Assembly: GCA_002690655.1 (NCBI GenBank)
Contig: NZFL01000025.1
Coordinates: 58,199-119,901 of the forward strand
DNA: 61,703 nucleotides
Direction of reading: 5' to 3'
Source of the DNA: Pedosphaera sp.
GTDB taxonomy: Bacteria > Verrucomicrobiota > Verrucomicrobiia > Limisphaerales > AAA164-E04
Program-made: the position numbers and the translations under genes
Notes under the pieces: model-generated
What the model saw: only the letters and a program-made list of their open reading frames with translations
What the model was told of the DNA's origin: nothing
Database searches by the model: none
Shown: positions 48,344 to 58,863 of the stretch, one piece after another
How the letters are laid out: the number at the start of each line of letters is the position of its first letter
Numbering within the stretch: position 1 is the stretch's first letter

Positions 48344-49747
48344 TTAGGGAGCCTCAGATAATCGACTCAACGACGGATGCGATACCAGCATCTCGAGTGA
48401 CCGGTCAACGGCGCCCAGATTCTGTTGAACCACTTGTTTCGCTTGACTGCCAATAGAGCTGCGAGCATCGCTATCTTTCAATAGTTTTGAAACAGCATCC
48501 TTCAGTCCGTTTGCATCAGGCACTTGAAAGGCAGCCTTGTTCGAGAGAAGTGTTCGAGTAATCGCACGGAAATTCTGCATGTTCGGTCCCATGATCATCG
48601 CCGTGCCTGCCGCTGCCGCTTCAATGGGGCTTTGACCTCCTTTTGCAGTCAGGCTTTTGCCGATGAATACCAAATCCACGTGGGCATAAAAGGATGACAG
48701 TTCGCCTGTAGAATCGACTATCAGACAAGCATCATCATCATTCTTTGAGAGATCGGTGCCTGGTTTCCATTCCGATCTGTAACAAACTTTCAGGCTTGCC
48801 GCCTTGAGTGTGTCGCCTGCGGCGCGTGCCTTTTCGAAATGACGAGGTACCAGGACTAGTTTCAGTCGGGGGTGTACTGGTTTGAGTTCGGAGTATATCT
48901 TCCCCAGGATAGCTTCTTCTCCCGGATGCGTGCTGCTGCCCATTAAAATCAAAGCATTATCAGTGATACCTGACTCATGGAATAGTTGATGTACATCCAA
49001 AGTGGGTTTTCTGGTTCCTGAAAGTGCAGCATCAAATTTCATATTGCCCGTTACTTGCACTCGATCCTGCCTGCACCCTAAAGACGCTAATCGATCCGCA
49101 TCAGATTTGTTTTGAGTGCCCACTTGGGCGAGGGACTGAAATAATGGACGGAAGAGGAAAGCCAATTGTTGATACCGTCCAAAAGATTTTTCAGAGATGC
49201 GGGCATTGATCAGAAAGGTGGGAATGTTGCGTTGCCTTGCTTCCCAGAAGAAATTAGGCCATATCTCTGCCTCGGCAAGGATGATGGCCTCCGGACGAAT
49301 CACATCCATGGCGCTTCGAACCCAGGGGCGACGATCGATAGGGTAAAAGCAGGTTTTAATATCGGGGGGTAACTTTTTCCGCCACTCTGCCATGCCGGTG
49401 GTAGTGGTTGCTGAGACAATGATTTTGCAGTCTCCCAGCCTTGCCTTGAGGCGTTTCACTAATTCCAGGCTCAGATGTACTTCTCCTACACTGACGGCGT
49501 GTATCCAGATTCTCTTTCCCTTCGAACAATGCTTGATGAAATCCGCATCATACTTTCCGAAACGCTGACCCACACGATCCTTCCATCCGCCACGTCGTTG
49601 CATGCGCCGAAAGTAATATGGGGCAGATATGACAAGCCCAAGATTGAGCAGGATGCGGTAAAACCACTCCGCCAATGTCTGGCTTACTGTGGGATCATTT
49701 TTTCGATCTCCATCAGCTTTTCGATCGTCTCGTTTCTTTTCAGGCAT
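48344..49747 (-). CDS. waaA: 3-deoxy-D-manno-octulosonic-acid (Kdo) transferase
   Basis: WIHAVSVGE, EAEIWPN, GNMKFD, STHPGEE, LVPRH, GGQSPIEAA. Confidence 0.93.
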   Translation of the reverse strand: MPEKKRDDRKADGDRKNDPTVSQTLAEWFYRILLNLGLVISAPYYFRRMQRRGGWKDRVGQRFGKYDADFIKHCSKGKRIWIHAVSVGEVHLSLELVKRLKARLGDCKIIVSATTTTGMAEWRKKLPPDIKTCFYPIDRRPWVRSAMDVIRPEAIILAEAEIWPNFFWEARQRNIPTFLINARISEKSFGRYQQLAFLFRPLFQSLAQVGTQNKSDADRLASLGCRQDRVQVTGNMKFDAALSGTRKPTLDVHQLFHESGITDNALILMGSSTHPGEEAILGKIYSELKPVHPRLKLVLVPRHFEKARAAGDTLKAASLKVCYRSEWKPGTDLSKNDDDACLIVDSTGELSSFYAHVDLVFIGKSLTAKGGQSPIEAAAAGTAMIMGPNMQNFRAITRTLLSNKAAFQVPDANGLKDAVSKLLKDSDARSSIGSQAKQVVQQNLGAVDRSLEMLVSHPSLSRLSEAP

Positions 49748-49796
49748 GCGATGTTCATCGAATTAGGCGTGATCCGTGATCACCATTGCACTCCGT

Positions 49797-51122
49797 CTAA
49801 CGGAAGAAGATAAACCATATGATCAACACTGTTGGGATCATGTAGGGGATTGTAAACTTGAAGAAATAACCCAGGAATGAAGGTGCATTGACCTTCTGTT
49901 GGTCTGCAATCGATTTAACCATGAAGTTAGGGCCATTTCCGATATAAGTATTTGCTCCAAAAAAGACGGCTGCCACGCTGATAGCCACCACATATTCCAT
50001 GAGTGCAGGTGTTGCCAGCAGGTATTGTATCTGGTCAATCTCCGTCACGGCACCTGCCTCTACTCCTGAAGCCTCGGCCAGCATTTCGGGTTTTGCAAAT
50101 TTCCCGACGGTGGCGCTCAGAAAACTGAGATAGGTTGGGGCATTATCCAAAACGCCAGAAAGCAGTCCTGTTCCCCAGTAGAAAATCCCCGGAGTTGTTT
50201 TCTCCATGGCACCTGCATTGGCTTTCAACCAGTCCAAAGCAGGCATCATCGTTGAAAAAATTCCGATGAAAAGAATGGCTACCTCCTGAATCGGGTGGAA
50301 ATTGAAATGATTGGATTCATGAATCGATTTCTGCGTCAGAAAATAGGAGCCGCATGCTGCTCCAATCATCAATGCCTCCCTCAGAAAGAGGGGTTTTGAG
50401 ATAAATACCGCAATCAGAATAACTCCCAGGAAGATCAAATTGATCAGGCCTTCGAAATGCCATTCATCGGGAGGCTCGGCAAGCTCTTCACGCACTTCCT
50501 TGGGTGCCTTGCGATAGTTGATTGAGTCCACCACGTAAAACATGGTAAGTAAAACTCCTATTCCTACCAGCCACATGGGCCAGCAATGCTCAAGGACCCA
50601 CCAGAAAGGAATCCCTTTCAGAAAACCAAGGAACAGCGGAGGATCTCCAATAGGAGTCAGGCAGCCGCCTACATTGGAGACTATGAAAATGAAAAAAACG
50701 ATATGGTGCGCTGTGATACGGTATTTATTCATGCGTATCCACGGGCGTATCAGCAGCATGGAAGCTCCAGTCGTTCCCAGAACATTGGCAATCACCGCAC
50801 CGAAAAGAAGGAACAGGACATTGTTGAATGGAGTAGCCTCTCCCTTGACTTTAATATGGATTCCTCCTGAGACCACATACAGCGATCCCACCAGAGCGAT
50901 GAAGCTCACGTATTCAATAGCCGTATGCATTACTGTCTCGTAGGCATGCAAGCCTCCGAGGTAATAAGTCAGCGTAATGGCACCAAGCACGTAGGCAACC
51001 TTGGGGTAATGCTTCTCCCACCAATGCAGAAAGAACAGCGGCCCCAGGGCAATGGTTGCGAGCAGCAACCCAAAGGGCAGCATCATCCAAGGATTCGGTA
51101 TTATGGCGTGGCCATGTTCCAT
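49797..51122 (-). CDS. putative Na+/H+ antiporter or citrate transporter (ArsB/NhaD superfamily)
   Basis: GTTGASMLLIRP, SNVGGCLTPIGDPPLFLG, LDNAPTYL, TYIGNGPNF; many TMs. Confidence 0.85.
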   Translation of the reverse strand: MEHGHAIIPNPWMMLPFGLLLATIALGPLFFLHWWEKHYPKVAYVLGAITLTYYLGGLHAYETVMHTAIEYVSFIALVGSLYVVSGGIHIKVKGEATPFNNVLFLLFGAVIANVLGTTGASMLLIRPWIRMNKYRITAHHIVFFIFIVSNVGGCLTPIGDPPLFLGFLKGIPFWWVLEHCWPMWLVGIGVLLTMFYVVDSINYRKAPKEVREELAEPPDEWHFEGLINLIFLGVILIAVFISKPLFLREALMIGAACGSYFLTQKSIHESNHFNFHPIQEVAILFIGIFSTMMPALDWLKANAGAMEKTTPGIFYWGTGLLSGVLDNAPTYLSFLSATVGKFAKPEMLAEASGVEAGAVTEIDQIQYLLATPALMEYVVAISVAAVFFGANTYIGNGPNFMVKSIADQQKVNAPSFLGYFFKFTIPYMIPTVLIIWFIFFR

Positions 51123-51235
51123 AGCGCGAATTAATTACTATCCTACTCTGGCGTAGGTCAAATAGTTTTGCTCTTTTTTTATCATAGATCAATGAAATAC
51201 CAGATTTTCGAGGAACATGGTGGATATTATTCCAT

Positions 51236-51922
51236 TCAAGATCTTCCCAGCAGCAGGGATTCGATGGTCTCGTAATCGCTGACCACGATGTCTGCCTGAC
51301 TCAATGCAGACGAGGGGAGGCTGTTGGTGATGGCGATTACTGTCATTCCGGCTGATTTACCAGCCTGAACGCCTGCAGCTGCGTCCTCGATGACACAGAT
51401 TTTGTCCGGAGAGACCTGCATTGAATTTGCAGCCTTCAGAAATATATCCGGCGCGGGTTTACCTTTGGGGACATCCTGCGAGCTGACTACATTCGGAAAA
51501 AAGGTTCTGAGGTTTTCCAGCTCCAAAACGACATCGATGACCGGATGCAGGGAGCCTGATGCTACTGAAAGCGTGAATTTCTGCGCTAATTTCTCAACCA
51601 GTGCGGGCAATGTTTCGAAAATAGGTTTTTCTTTCCGGATGAGATCAATCAGGCGGTTTTGCTTGCGGCTTGTTAAATCTTCAATGGAATGCGATGGCTG
51701 ATGTATCGAGATGAAATCATCCCACACCGCGCGATCGGATTTGCCCAAATAATCTTCAAATTGGATCCCGTGATTATCGGCATAACCAATTTCATGGAAT
51801 ATATCCATGAAAGCTTGCTGATGGCGCGGTTCGCTATCCACGATAACACCGTCCATATCGAAAATAACACCTTCAATATGTCTGAGTGAAGGATGGGGAA
51901 GATCTGGGGCAACTGAAGTCAT
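51236..51922 (-). CDS. HAD-superfamily phosphatase (beta-PGM/CbbY-like)
   Basis: FDMDGVIVDSE, GKPAPDIFL, IEDAAAG. Confidence 0.92.
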   Translation of the reverse strand: MTSVAPDLPHPSLRHIEGVIFDMDGVIVDSEPRHQQAFMDIFHEIGYADNHGIQFEDYLGKSDRAVWDDFISIHQPSHSIEDLTSRKQNRLIDLIRKEKPIFETLPALVEKLAQKFTLSVASGSLHPVIDVVLELENLRTFFPNVVSSQDVPKGKPAPDIFLKAANSMQVSPDKICVIEDAAAGVQAGKSAGMTVIAITNSLPSSALSQADIVVSDYETIESLLLGRS

Positions 51923-52367
51923 GCTGTTATTTTGAGACTATAAAACAAATCGTATGTGTCCTGAAAGAGGGACAGGATGGGGAATCCGGCTTGCCTTTGA
52001 CAAGCGCATTCTGCGTTGGTTCTCAAGAAAGAAAAGAGAGGGTTATTATTTGACCAAGGGAAAATGTCCTGAGGTTTTGTCTTCTCCATTTTAAGATTGA
52101 AAACGTCTCCTCGTTTTTTGATGCTGCGAGCGATCCGATTACGGGAGTTTATGCGACGCGAAGAAGATAATGAAACGAGCTTCCAGCTGTTGTTTTACAA
52201 GCCGGTATTTCCTCATCATTCTTGAACTCCATTGCGGGTGTCATGCTCCAACTTGCAATCAAAACAACCCGAAATCATGGATTCGAGGGCAATTTCAAGT
52301 CTCTGGGGGCAAACTTGCAATTTAAACCTTGCCGACCCTGCTGTTTTTCCTTTAGCAATGTGGCGTT

Positions 52368-52454
52368 GCCCATGTGGCGGAATTGGCAGACGCGCTAGAT
52401 TCAGGTTCTAGTCCCAGCAATGGGGTGGAGGTTCGACTCCTCTCGTGGGCACCA
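52368..52454 (+). tRNA. tRNA-Leu(CAG)
   Basis: GCCCATG...CGTGGGC-A-CCA acceptor; D-loop GGAATTGGCAGAC; anticodon arm CTAGA-TTCAGGT-TCTAG; long variable arm; GGTTCGACTCC. Confidence 0.96.
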
Positions 52455-52964
52455 CTTTAACATCAATACCTCATTGATTTGTTGAGCTTCTCTGCCAGCT
52501 CTTCAAATGAATAGTGGGGCCACTTGATTTAAGGTATGTTAGAGGAATGCTTACCTGTTGGATTAGGCTCTTTACATCGCAGCCTTGGTTCCATGCGCTA
52601 ATCATCCTTCTGCTACTAAGAGAAAATTTTCAACATGCATGTTGGTGTTGATCAGCGCAGAACGTGCAAAATTAAAGTATAACATACTGCTTTGCCGGGT
52701 AAACCAGCTTGGTTGTGCAACAAGGCACACGACAATCAGCTTTTTCTTCTGAACTCAAAATCTGGATGACAGCATTCACCTGAATCACTTTGTTATGTTG
52801 TCCATGCGATCTGGCCAAGCCATTAATGATCAGCTCTGCACGCTTGGACAGCAGCTCCAAGGCACGTTCGCGCTTCAGGATGGCATCAATACGACGGAGG
52901 CATGGGCATACGGCGGACCCTGTCCGGTGTGTTCATAAATCCGATTGATTTAGATGATGGCTTT

Positions 52965-55900
52965 ATGCATGTTTTCCCTGTGAATCCACTCAGATTTCTT
53001 AAAAAAATTACTAAAACATTATTTGCGATACTAGTCTCCTCATGGGGCTCTGCTGTATTAAGCTGTAATGCTCTATTGGTTGGATTGCTCAGCCTTAGTT
53101 CTTCTGGATTGCTGCATGCGGATTCATTGATGATCAGCGAAATCATGGCTCAGCAGGGCGTGAGCGTTCTGTTTGATGAGGACCACGATGCACCCGATTG
53201 GATTGAAATTTATAATGCAGCTGAGGAACCTTATGATTTGCAGGATTGGTCCCTTTCGGATGAGGAAGAACAAGCTCGTAAATGGGTGTTCCCTGAAATT
53301 GTTCTCAAACCCAAATCTTTTTTGGTCGTATTTGCTTCAGGTAAGGATTGCCGGGATGCGGGGAAAGCCCTTCACACCAATTTTAAACTCTCTTCAAGGG
53401 GAGAATTCCTAGGCTTGTTTTCTCCCGACGGGGATTTAGTTAGTGGATTTAGCCCCAAGTATCCAAAGTTGAGTGAAGGGGCTTCATTCGGTCTCCGTCA
53501 TCAGACCCAGTCCATATCCCAGAGTCAGCCCGTGTTTCGTATTTTAGTTCCAGAAGATGGCGAGTTGAATCAAACTTGGATCGAACCCGGCTTTGATGAC
53601 ACGGGATGGGGGCAAGTTCAGGGAGGAATAGGTTACGATGGGAGTTTGGAGAAAAATCTCACGCCCCTCATTGACAGTGATGTTGCTTCGATCATGCGTA
53701 CGACCAGCTCATCGATTTACCTTCGCCACCATTTTGAAGTTTTGAGTCCCGATGTGTTCATGCAATTACAAATACGGTATGACGATGGATACGCCATGTT
53801 TCTCAATGGTCGGGAGATGGTGCGGCGCAACGCCCCCAGACGCATACAATGGAATTCCAGATCATCGGGTTCCCGATTAGGTGGAGAAGCATTGGAGGTG
53901 GAGCAGTTCATGTTGACCGCGAATGATGGATTGATTTCGGGAGACAACGTACTGGCTATCCAAGGCCTCAATACGCGGTCCACGGACCGGGATTTCCTGT
54001 TTCAAATGGAAAGTGAAATATGGCAAAATCTCGAGGGAGTCTCCGAGACTCCCGGATTCACCTTGAAACCAAGTCCGGGGGCGCCAAACACAACGCTGTT
54101 TACCCAAACATTGAGCAGGCCTGACATTAATGCGGGCGCTCGACTAAGTAATGTACCGATCGTAGTGACATTGGAACATCCTGTTTCCGATGCGGTACTG
54201 CGTTACACACTTGATGGCAGTATTCCCTCCGAGAGATCCACGCGTTTTGAGGGAAGTTTTTCAATTGAAGATTCAACTCAACTGAATGTGCGGGCATTCC
54301 ACCCGGATATGGCGCCGAGCCCGGTTCAAACAGAGATTTTCCTGATCACAGATGCGGATCTCATGGAATTCAACTCGGATGTTCCCGTCATTCTGCTGGA
54401 TACCGAAGGAGCACGTATTTCGGCGACAAGCCGGACTCAGGCATTGATGCATGTATTTGACAGAGGTGAAGATGGGAGGGTCAGGATTTCATCGGAATCT
54501 GATTTTCAAGGCCTAGCGTCTCTCAAGGTACGTGGATCCAGTACCGAGGGCCGCCCGAAAAAGGCGTACTCCATGGAGGTTCAGGATATTTTTGGCAATG
54601 ACCGAGATGTTTCACTCCTGAAAATGCCGGAAGATTCAGATTGGATTCTCTATGCTCCATACAATTTTGATCGAGCGCTCATGCGCAATGCCTTTGTGTA
54701 TGAGCTGAGTAACCAGTTGGGACGCTATGCTGTCAGGACCCGTTTTTGCGAAGTGTATGTCAATACCCGTGGGCGGGCGCTCGATCAAAGGTCCTACGTC
54801 GGCGTTTATGTACTGATGGAAAAGATCAAGAGAGGCGCCGATCGTTTGCCCATTGATCGATTACTTCGAAAGCATACGGAATCCCCCGAGCGCACTGGGG
54901 GTTATATTTTCAAGATAGATCGACTCGACCCGGGAGACATCGGATTCTCGGGGGGCGGTCAGGGTTTGGCTTTTGTTGAACCCAAAGAGGATGAAATCGA
55001 ACCTAACCAAAGGAAGTTTGTTGTCAGTTTTTTGAATGCCATGAACCGGACCCTTCGAGATCGTGACTATGAAAAATTGATTCCGGATTACGCGGAATTT
55101 ATCGATGAAGGTTCATGGATCGATTTTCACATACTCAACGAATTCACAAAAAATCCTGATGGATTCAGACTCTCAACTTACATGCATTTGCCAAGAGGTG
55201 GTCGATTGACCTTTGGGCCTGTCTGGGACTTCGACCGAACCCTTGGTCCTGATGATGATGGTCGTGCGGCTAACCCTGTAGGGTGGTCAACTGTGCGTCG
55301 TTTTGGGTGGTGGGGTTCCATTTTCCGTAATCCAAATTTTGATCAAGCTTACACAGATCGATGGCATTACCTGAGGCGCAATGTGATGTCGGTTCAAAAC
55401 ATGCATGCCATCATTGATCGCATGGCCGCCGAATTGAAAGAATCTCAGGTACGCAATTTCCGTAAATGGCCTTTGCTCCGCAGCACTACTGCATGGAGAA
55501 GTGAAGTAAAGCATTTAAAGATTTGGGTCGAAAATCGGGCTGAATGGATTGATCAACAATATGTCGTTCCACCTGATTTCGTTACTCAGCCAGGCGTGCT
55601 GGCTGAGGATGGGCTCGTTAAGATAACTCCAGGTCCCGGAAGGACGTTTTACACAACGGATGGCACTGATCCGAGACTTCCAGGAGGAGTCCGATCAAAA
55701 TCAGCAAAAATCCTCTCACGTGCCCGTCCCGAGATTCGTATTGAAAATACGACCAGGATTATCTTGCGATCCTTGGTCGGTGATGAATGGAGTGGAGCGA
55801 TTGATGGTATGTTTGTTGCGAGTGAAATACCCTCCTTGAAAATCTCAGAAGTGATGTATCACCCCGTGTCGCCTTTATTGCCCACGGGATTGGATGAGGA

Positions 55901-56534
55901 TGATTACGAGTTTTTGGAATTGTGGAATGCGGGTACGACGCCAGTGCTCATGGAAGGCGTGCGTGTTTCTGATGCCATTGAGTTCACGTTTGGGAATCAT
56001 ATTCTACAGCCAGGAGCAAGCCTTGTGCTTGCATCCAATCCTCAGGCACTGAAGGCCCTGAATCCAGATATGGAAGCAAGTCTCTTTGGCCCTTATGATG
56101 GACAGCTTTCAAACGGGGGTGAAAAGATTGTTCTACTTGACGGAGCGGGACGAATCATCGAGCAAATTCAATTTGATGATGAAGATGGGTGGCCCGAGGA
56201 ACCTGATGGAGAGGGAGCCTCACTAGAGAGAATTGTATTTACTGAATCTGATGAATTATCCTGGCGCGCGAGTGTTGCTGAAGGAGGCAGCCCCGGGACT
56301 GTGATTCTTCCCTCTGTGAAACCTGCAAGTATCAAGGTGCTGAATGCAAGCACGGTGCGTCTTTCATTCGATGCGCAACCTGGAGTGCTGCATGAATTGG
56401 TGAGCGCGGATGATTTGAATGCTCCAGACTGGAAGGTTTTGTTTCACTGGGATCCAATCGACGCCGCGATGACTCAGTCCATTGATCTGGAGACGCAAGG
56501 CAATCATCGTTACTTCAGGATTGAATCCAAGTGA
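52965..56534 (+). CDS. secreted CotH-kinase / lamin-tail-domain / Fn3-like protein
   Basis: LTD (ISEIMA...DWIEIYN), RYTLDGSIP, CotH motifs VRGSST..PKKAY, YVGVYVLMEKI, NPDG, GPVWDFD; second LTD. Start uncertain (ORF opens at 52902). Confidence 0.9.
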   Translation: MHVFPVNPLRFLKKITKTLFAILVSSWGSAVLSCNALLVGLLSLSSSGLLHADSLMISEIMAQQGVSVLFDEDHDAPDWIEIYNAAEEPYDLQDWSLSDEEEQARKWVFPEIVLKPKSFLVVFASGKDCRDAGKALHTNFKLSSRGEFLGLFSPDGDLVSGFSPKYPKLSEGASFGLRHQTQSISQSQPVFRILVPEDGELNQTWIEPGFDDTGWGQVQGGIGYDGSLEKNLTPLIDSDVASIMRTTSSSIYLRHHFEVLSPDVFMQLQIRYDDGYAMFLNGREMVRRNAPRRIQWNSRSSGSRLGGEALEVEQFMLTANDGLISGDNVLAIQGLNTRSTDRDFLFQMESEIWQNLEGVSETPGFTLKPSPGAPNTTLFTQTLSRPDINAGARLSNVPIVVTLEHPVSDAVLRYTLDGSIPSERSTRFEGSFSIEDSTQLNVRAFHPDMAPSPVQTEIFLITDADLMEFNSDVPVILLDTEGARISATSRTQALMHVFDRGEDGRVRISSESDFQGLASLKVRGSSTEGRPKKAYSMEVQDIFGNDRDVSLLKMPEDSDWILYAPYNFDRALMRNAFVYELSNQLGRYAVRTRFCEVYVNTRGRALDQRSYVGVYVLMEKIKRGADRLPIDRLLRKHTESPERTGGYIFKIDRLDPGDIGFSGGGQGLAFVEPKEDEIEPNQRKFVVSFLNAMNRTLRDRDYEKLIPDYAEFIDEGSWIDFHILNEFTKNPDGFRLSTYMHLPRGGRLTFGPVWDFDRTLGPDDDGRAANPVGWSTVRRFGWWGSIFRNPNFDQAYTDRWHYLRRNVMSVQNMHAIIDRMAAELKESQVRNFRKWPLLRSTTAWRSEVKHLKIWVENRAEWIDQQYVVPPDFVTQPGVLAEDGLVKITPGPGRTFYTTDGTDPRLPGGVRSKSAKILSRARPEIRIENTTRIILRSLVGDEWSGAIDGMFVASEIPSLKISEVMYHPVSPLLPTGLDEDDYEFLELWNAGTTPVLMEGVRVSDAIEFTFGNHILQPGASLVLASNPQALKALNPDMEASLFGPYDGQLSNGGEKIVLLDGAGRIIEQIQFDDEDGWPEEPDGEGASLERIVFTESDELSWRASVAEGGSPGTVILPSVKPASIKVLNASTVRLSFDAQPGVLHELVSADDLNAPDWKVLFHWDPIDAAMTQSIDLETQGNHRYFRIESK

Positions 56535-56540
56535 ATCACA

Positions 56541-56574
56541 AAAAACGGCGAGCATGAAGCCATGCCCGCCGTTT
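56541..56574 (-). terminator. intrinsic terminator of the cys operon (convergent junction)
   Basis: Minus strand AAACGGCGGGCATG-GCTT-CATGCTCGCCGTTTTT. Confidence 0.75.
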
Positions 56575-56589
56575 GAATGATCGTTATGA

Positions 56590-57861
56590 TCAGATAATCA
56601 TTCCTGCAGCAACAGTCGCGTTGGTAGCGTCATCCACAATGATAAAACTACCGGTCTGGCGGTTTCGTTTGTATGAATCATGGAGCAGGGGAGTGGATGT
56701 TCTGAATGAAATACGAGCAATGTCGTTCAATCCCACTTCCAAATCATCTTCAATTTTGTGCAGTGTGTTGACGTCGACCTTGTATTTGGTCTCTTTGATG
56801 ATGCATTTCGCCTCTCGAGTCGTGTGGCGGATGGTGTACTTACGTCCCAGCTGTAATTGGGTCGACTCAGAAAACCAGCAAATCATGGCGTCAATATCCT
56901 GCTCTACCCTTGGAGGATTGTTCTGTTTGACAATCATGTCCCCTCGACTGATGTCGATTTCATCCTCCAGAGTGATGCTTACTGACATGGGAGCAAACGC
57001 TTCGGGTAATTCTCCTTCAAAGGTGTGGATACCCTTGATTTTTGATCTGAAACCGGAAGGCTGCACGGTTACTTCATCGCCTTTCTTGAAAACGCCGCCT
57101 GCGACCCGTCCGCCGAAACCTCGGAAATCATGGTGTTCCTTGCTCTGGGGCCGTATCACCCATTGGACAGGAAAACGGGCGTCTACGTGATTGAACTCAT
57201 TTCCTATGAAAACGTGCTCTAGTGTGTAAAGAAGCGTACTCCCTTTGTACCACGGCATGGAAGCCGATTTTTCCACCACGTTGTCTCCATGGAGGGCGCT
57301 GATTGGGATGAAATCAATGTGGGGGATTTCCAGACGTGAGGAGAAGCCTTCGTAATCCTTGACAATTTGATCGAAAACCTCCTCTTTGTGGTCAACAAGA
57401 TCCATTTTGTTGACGGCTACAATCACGTGCTGGATCTGGAGAAGAGAAGCAATAAAGGAGTGGCGGCATGTTTGCTCGATGACCCCTTTGCGTGCGTCCA
57501 CGAGAATAATCGCAAGGCTTGCAGTGGACGCCCCTGTCACCATGTTGCGTGTGTACTGGATGTGTCCCGGCGTGTCTGAGATGATGAACTTCCGCTTGGG
57601 TGTCGCGAAGTATCTATAGGCGACATCGATGGTGATTCCCTGCTCACGCTCGGCTTTCAATCCATCGGTTAACAAAGCCAGATTGACGATTGCGTCACCT
57701 CGCTTCTTGCTGGATTCCTCGACGGCTTCCAACTGATCTTCAAAAATAGATTTACAGTCATAGAGGAGCCGTCCAATCAAAGTGCTTTTGCCATCATCCA
57801 CGCTTCCAGCTGTTGTGAAGCGCAGGAGGTCCATGTCTAAGTATCCCTTTTGAGTGGTCAT
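56590..57861 (-). CDS. cysN: sulfate adenylyltransferase subunit 1 (GTPase), no fused APS kinase
   Basis: GSVDDGKSTLIGRLL, EREQGITIDVAYR, DTPGH, NKMD. Confidence 0.96.
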   Translation of the reverse strand: MTTQKGYLDMDLLRFTTAGSVDDGKSTLIGRLLYDCKSIFEDQLEAVEESSKKRGDAIVNLALLTDGLKAEREQGITIDVAYRYFATPKRKFIISDTPGHIQYTRNMVTGASTASLAIILVDARKGVIEQTCRHSFIASLLQIQHVIVAVNKMDLVDHKEEVFDQIVKDYEGFSSRLEIPHIDFIPISALHGDNVVEKSASMPWYKGSTLLYTLEHVFIGNEFNHVDARFPVQWVIRPQSKEHHDFRGFGGRVAGGVFKKGDEVTVQPSGFRSKIKGIHTFEGELPEAFAPMSVSITLEDEIDISRGDMIVKQNNPPRVEQDIDAMICWFSESTQLQLGRKYTIRHTTREAKCIIKETKYKVDVNTLHKIEDDLEVGLNDIARISFRTSTPLLHDSYKRNRQTGSFIIVDDATNATVAAGMII

Positions 57862-57910
57862 TTCAGTTAAAAATTATAGTAAGTTGATGAAGCATTCAGG
57901 ACACCAGGTA

Positions 57911-58816
57911 TTAAAAGTAGCCATCTTTCTTCCTGTCTTCCATTGCTGTTTCAGAGCGTTTGTCATCGGTTCTTCCCCCACGCTCGGTGACTCTGGCGGC
58001 TGCGACTTCAGCAATGATATCGTCCACATTGCGAGCGGGTGAAGCGACGACTCCCGTGCAGGTCATGTCTCCAACAGTTCGACACCTGACGACCATATTC
58101 TCAATAAATTCATCTTTGCCTAATGTCAGATACTCAGAGTTTGCCAGGTAAATGCCATTTCGATGGATGACTTCTCGTTCATGGCTAAAGTAAATGGAAG
58201 GTAATGAAAGCTCTTCCATTTTGATGTACTGCCAGACATCCATTTCTGTCCAGTTGCTCAATGGGAAGACTCGGAAATGTTCGGCTATGTGCATGTTTCC
58301 GTTGAAAAGATTCCATAGCTCGGGTCGTTGATTTTTAGGATCCCATTGACCGAACTCATTTCGATGCGAGAAAAAACGTTCCTTGGCGCGCGCTTTTTCC
58401 TCATCACGCCTTGCACCGCCAATGGCGGCCGTGAATTGAAACTCTTCCAAGGCATCCAGAAGTGTGACTGTCTGGAGCATGTTCCGGCTGGCTTGAGGTC
58501 CCTTTTCCTCGGTAGCTCGCCCCTTATCAATCGATTCCTGAACCGTGCGTACAATAAGGTTGGCACCTACTTCTTTGACAAGTTTATCTCTGAATTCAAT
58601 GGTCTCTGGGAAATTATGACCTGTGTCAACATGCATGAAAGGAAAAGGAATCTTTGCTGGATGGAATGCCTTTTGAGCCAGCCTAACCATGACAATGGAA
58701 TCTTTGCCTCCAGAAAACAACAAGACGGGTTTTTCAAACTGAGACGCAACTTCACGCATGATGAAGATGGCTTCAGCTTCTAGCGCTTTTAAATGAGTCA
58801 ATCGGTACGTGTGCAT
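57911..58816 (-). CDS. cysD: sulfate adenylyltransferase subunit 2
   Basis: LFSGGKDS, GGARRDEEKARAKER, WDPKNQRPELW, MEDRKKDGYF; ATG 58816. Confidence 0.96.
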   Translation of the reverse strand: MHTYRLTHLKALEAEAIFIMREVASQFEKPVLLFSGGKDSIVMVRLAQKAFHPAKIPFPFMHVDTGHNFPETIEFRDKLVKEVGANLIVRTVQESIDKGRATEEKGPQASRNMLQTVTLLDALEEFQFTAAIGGARRDEEKARAKERFFSHRNEFGQWDPKNQRPELWNLFNGNMHIAEHFRVFPLSNWTEMDVWQYIKMEELSLPSIYFSHEREVIHRNGIYLANSEYLTLGKDEFIENMVVRCRTVGDMTCTGVVASPARNVDDIIAEVAAARVTERGGRTDDKRSETAMEDRKKDGYF

Positions 58817-58863
58817 TGATTCTATATTTTTACGAATAAAGGGGTGATTCGGGTAATTTGTAT

